DNA from: Candidatus Planktophila sp.
GTDB lineage: Bacteria > Actinomycetota > Actinomycetes > Nanopelagicales > Nanopelagicaceae
Assembly: GCA_009694515.1 (NCBI GenBank)
Contig: SHUV01000003.1
Location: 624-64,623, forward strand
DNA length: 64,000 bases
Direction: 5' to 3'
Shown: positions 61,528 to 64,000 of the stretch, in pieces
How positions within the stretch are numbered: position 1 is the stretch's first letter
Layout: the number at the start of each line of letters is the position of its first letter
Translations under genes and position numbers: made by a program
Notes under the pieces: generated by a model
The model's input: only the letters and a program-made list of their open reading frames with translations
What the model was told of the DNA's origin: nothing
Databases searched by the model: none

Positions 61528-62654
61528 TACTTGGAGGCCGCCAATCTTGGATACTTAGCCATCATGTCAACAAACTGATCAAAGAGGTAAGCGGCATCGT
61601 GTGGGCCAGCGGCCGCTTCCGGGTGGTACTGAACACTGAAAGCTCCACGCTCAAGTAGTTCTATGCCTTCTACAACACCGTCGTTTAGACAAATATGAGT
61701 CACTTGACCGAGGCCGTATACGGTGGAGAAACCTGAATCAGTGGGAGCTTTCAGGGCAAAGCCATGGTTATGTGCTGTGATTTCAACCTTACCGCTTCGC
61801 TTATCAAGCACCGGTTGGTTAATTCCGCGATGGCCGAACTGTAATTTGTAGGTTTCAAAACCAAGCGCACGGCCAAGAATTTGATGACCGAAGCAAATTC
61901 CGAAAATCGGAATCTCCTCCAAGAGCAGACTTCGTACCAACTCAATGGTTTCAGTCATAGTCGCTGGATCACCAGGACCGTTGGAGAGAAATACTCCATC
62001 AGGATTGATGGCCAAGATCTCATCTAGGGTGACGTTATAAGGCATGACATGTACTTCAATTCCACGTTGTGCCATCGCTCGTGGCGTTGCGCCCTTTATC
62101 CCCAAATCAATTGCTGCAACAGTGTATTTCTTCACACCCTGTGCTGGAACAACATAGGTCTTTGGAGTTGAGACATCGGCGCACAGATAAGCACCAGCCA
62201 TATCCGCTTGCTTGCGAACTTCCACAACCATCTCTTCTCGAGTGAGATCAAGACCAGAGAAAATTCCTACTTTCATCGCTCCTCGATCACGTAAGTGGCG
62301 AGTGATTGCGCGCGTATCCAAACCTTGAATGCCAACTACTCCTTGGCTGATTAATTCAGATTCAAGATCCTTCTCACTTCGCCAATTACTGGTCACAGTC
62401 GACGGATTTCGAACAACAAAACCTGCCACCCAGTATTTACTTGATTCATTATCAAATGTATTCACACCAGTATTACCAATATGAGGCGCTGTCATCACCA
62501 CAACTTGCTTGTGATACGACGGATCCGTCAAGGTTTCTTGATAGCCAGTCATTCCGGTCTGAAAAACTGCTTCACCAAATGTTTTACCCGTCGCAGCCCA
62601 CGATTGACCCTGGAAGATTCGACCATCATCGAGAACGAAGAATGCTTGTGACAC
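61527..62654 (-). CDS. carA: Carbamoyl-phosphate synthase small subunit
   Basis: [35 protein letters not shown]. Confidence 0.98.
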   Translation of the reverse strand: MSQAFFVLDDGRIFQGQSWAATGKTFGEAVFQTGMTGYQETLTDPSYHKQVVVMTAPHIGNTGVNTFDNESSKYWVAGFVVRNPSTVTSNWRSEKDLESELISQGVVGIQGLDTRAITRHLRDRGAMKVGIFSGLDLTREEMVVEVRKQADMAGAYLCADVSTPKTYVVPAQGVKKYTVAAIDLGIKGATPRAMAQRGIEVHVMPYNVTLDEILAINPDGVFLSNGPGDPATMTETIELVRSLLLEEIPIFGICFGHQILGRALGFETYKLQFGHRGINQPVLDKRSGKVEITAHNHGFALKAPTDSGFSTVYGLGQVTHICLNDGVVEGIELLERGAFSVQYHPEAAAGPHDAAYLFDQFVDMMAKYPRLAASK

Positions 62655-63940
62655 TATTTATTCCCTTCGTATGTCAATTTTCCACCAAATACAGTTGCCA
62701 TGATTACTCCAGGGAGCTCTAAGCCGTGGAAGGGAGTATTGCGACTTCTTGATACAACTAGATCTCGATCCACCCGGTGAGTTGCCGTCGGATTAATTAC
62801 AGTGATGTGCCCCTTGGCTCCCACGGCAATCTCCTGACCATGATTTTCATAGCGTCCAATTTTGGCCGGTGCTGAACTCATACGTGCTGCAACCTGTTCC
62901 CAATTCATCAGCCCGGTCTGCACCATCGTCAGGTTGACTATCGGAAGAGCGGTTTCAAGACCGAGCATTCCAAATGATGCCTCCTGCCATTCGCATTCCT
63001 TGCTCTCGGTAGCGTGCGGTGCGTGATCTGTTGCCACAATATCGATGATGCCTTCAGCTAGTCCCTCACGAAGTGCCATAACATCTTTTTCAGTACGTAG
63101 CGGTGGATTAACTTTATATACCGCGTCATAACTTCTAGCTGACTCATCGGTGAGTAATAAATGATGAGGAGTTACCTCGGCGGTAACCGCTATCCCGCGC
63201 GCCTTCGCCCAACGAATTATCTCAACCCCACCTGCTGTGGTTACATGACAGATATGTAAGCGTGCTTGCAGGAAATCAGCCAGGAGAATGTCGCGCGCAA
63301 TAATCGCTTCTTCAGCGATTGCTGGCCAACCCTTTAAGCCAAGTTGCGATGAAACTATTCCTTCGTTCATCTGCGCGCCATGTGTCAGGCGTGGCTCTTG
63401 CGCATGCTGGGCAATCACACCGTCAAAGCCTTTGACATACTCAAGTGCATGTCGCATCACAAGTGCATCCGAGACGCAATTGCCATCATCACTAAAGACT
63501 CGAACTCGCGCCTCTGAGTTGGCCATCGCACCAATATCTGCCAAGTTTTCACCAGCAAGACCTTGCGTCACAGCACCAACTGGGAACACATCAACGAGTC
63601 CTGCTTTTTGTCCTAAGCGATATACATGTTCGACAACGCTGGCATTGTCAGCAACTGGTGATGTGTTTGCCATCGCGCTGACCGCAACATAGCCACCCTT
63701 AGCGGCTGCAGCAGATCCAGAAAGAACTGTTTCCGCACTCTCTTTGCCAGGTTCACGTAGGTGAGTATGTAAATCAACCAAACCAGGAAGAATGATGCAA
63801 TCTTTGGCATCGATTACTTGTGCGCCATCTGGCGCACTCGGCAAAGTAGCTATTGAGGTAATAACGCCATCTGAGATGCTGATATCAGCCTTAGTCCCAT
63901 TAGCAAGAGTTCCATTTTTAATGAATAGTTTCTGGCTCAT
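62654..63940 (-). CDS. pyrC: Dihydroorotase
   Basis: DLHTHLREPG, AEVTPHHL, KVNPPLR, ATDHAPH. Confidence 0.96.
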   Translation of the reverse strand: MSQKLFIKNGTLANGTKADISISDGVITSIATLPSAPDGAQVIDAKDCIILPGLVDLHTHLREPGKESAETVLSGSAAAAKGGYVAVSAMANTSPVADNASVVEHVYRLGQKAGLVDVFPVGAVTQGLAGENLADIGAMANSEARVRVFSDDGNCVSDALVMRHALEYVKGFDGVIAQHAQEPRLTHGAQMNEGIVSSQLGLKGWPAIAEEAIIARDILLADFLQARLHICHVTTAGGVEIIRWAKARGIAVTAEVTPHHLLLTDESARSYDAVYKVNPPLRTEKDVMALREGLAEGIIDIVATDHAPHATESKECEWQEASFGMLGLETALPIVNLTMVQTGLMNWEQVAARMSSAPAKIGRYENHGQEIAVGAKGHITVINPTATHRVDRDLVVSRSRNTPFHGLELPGVIMATVFGGKLTYEGNK

Positions 63941-63942
63941 AG

Positions 63943-63999
63943 TCAGATCTCCAATTCCTGAGTTCCAGCAAGTAATAGGTACAAGATTGCCATTCTGAC
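63943..63999 (-). CDS. pyrB: Aspartate carbamoyltransferase catalytic subunit, C-terminal fragment (runs off window)
   Basis: Minus strand reads VRMAILYLLLAGTQELEI*, the typical PyrB C-terminus, directly upstream of pyrC. Confidence 0.85.
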   Translation of the reverse strand, partial: VRMAILYLLLAGTQELEI

Positions 64000-64000
64000 G

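Overview
A gene-dense chromosomal segment (about 48-50% GC by eye) from a streamlined actinobacterium. Gene order, GC content and tiny intergenic gaps suggest freshwater acI / 'Ca. Nanopelagicales' (Planktophila-like); this is an inference. The window spans the replication terminus: a 28-bp actinobacterial-type dif site at 17556-17583 sits inside the last codons of ppm1, and gene orientation converges on it (mostly + before, mostly - after). Content is core housekeeping: recN-pyrG-xerD, an inverted parA + small RHH-like gene pair, scpAB-rluB, aroH-tyrA-cmk/der, the gcvH-garA-ftsR-gcvP block, ppm1-lnt-helY-tatAC-pafBC-trmI, metH, mshC, tRNA-Leu(GAG), a nucleobase-salvage islet, his/rpe/fmt/def/priA/metK/coaBC/rpoZ and the pyr operon. 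No phage, IS element, CRISPR array or rRNA is visible. The most notable observations are: (1) a single ORF fusing the nucleoid protein mIHF to guanylate kinase; (2) a candidate terminus-proximal ParA/RHH partition module near an AT-rich repeat-bearing spacer and a 2.2-kb compositionally odd block; (3) dif encoded within a CDS; (4) absence of the Pup-proteasome genes between trmI and pafB, with PafBC and PAC2 kept; (5) a 125-bp internally deleted alcohol dehydrogenase relic; (6) a two-state hairpin leader before an NCS2 permease; (7) pervasive leaderless-type promoters, including overlapping divergent -10 boxes.
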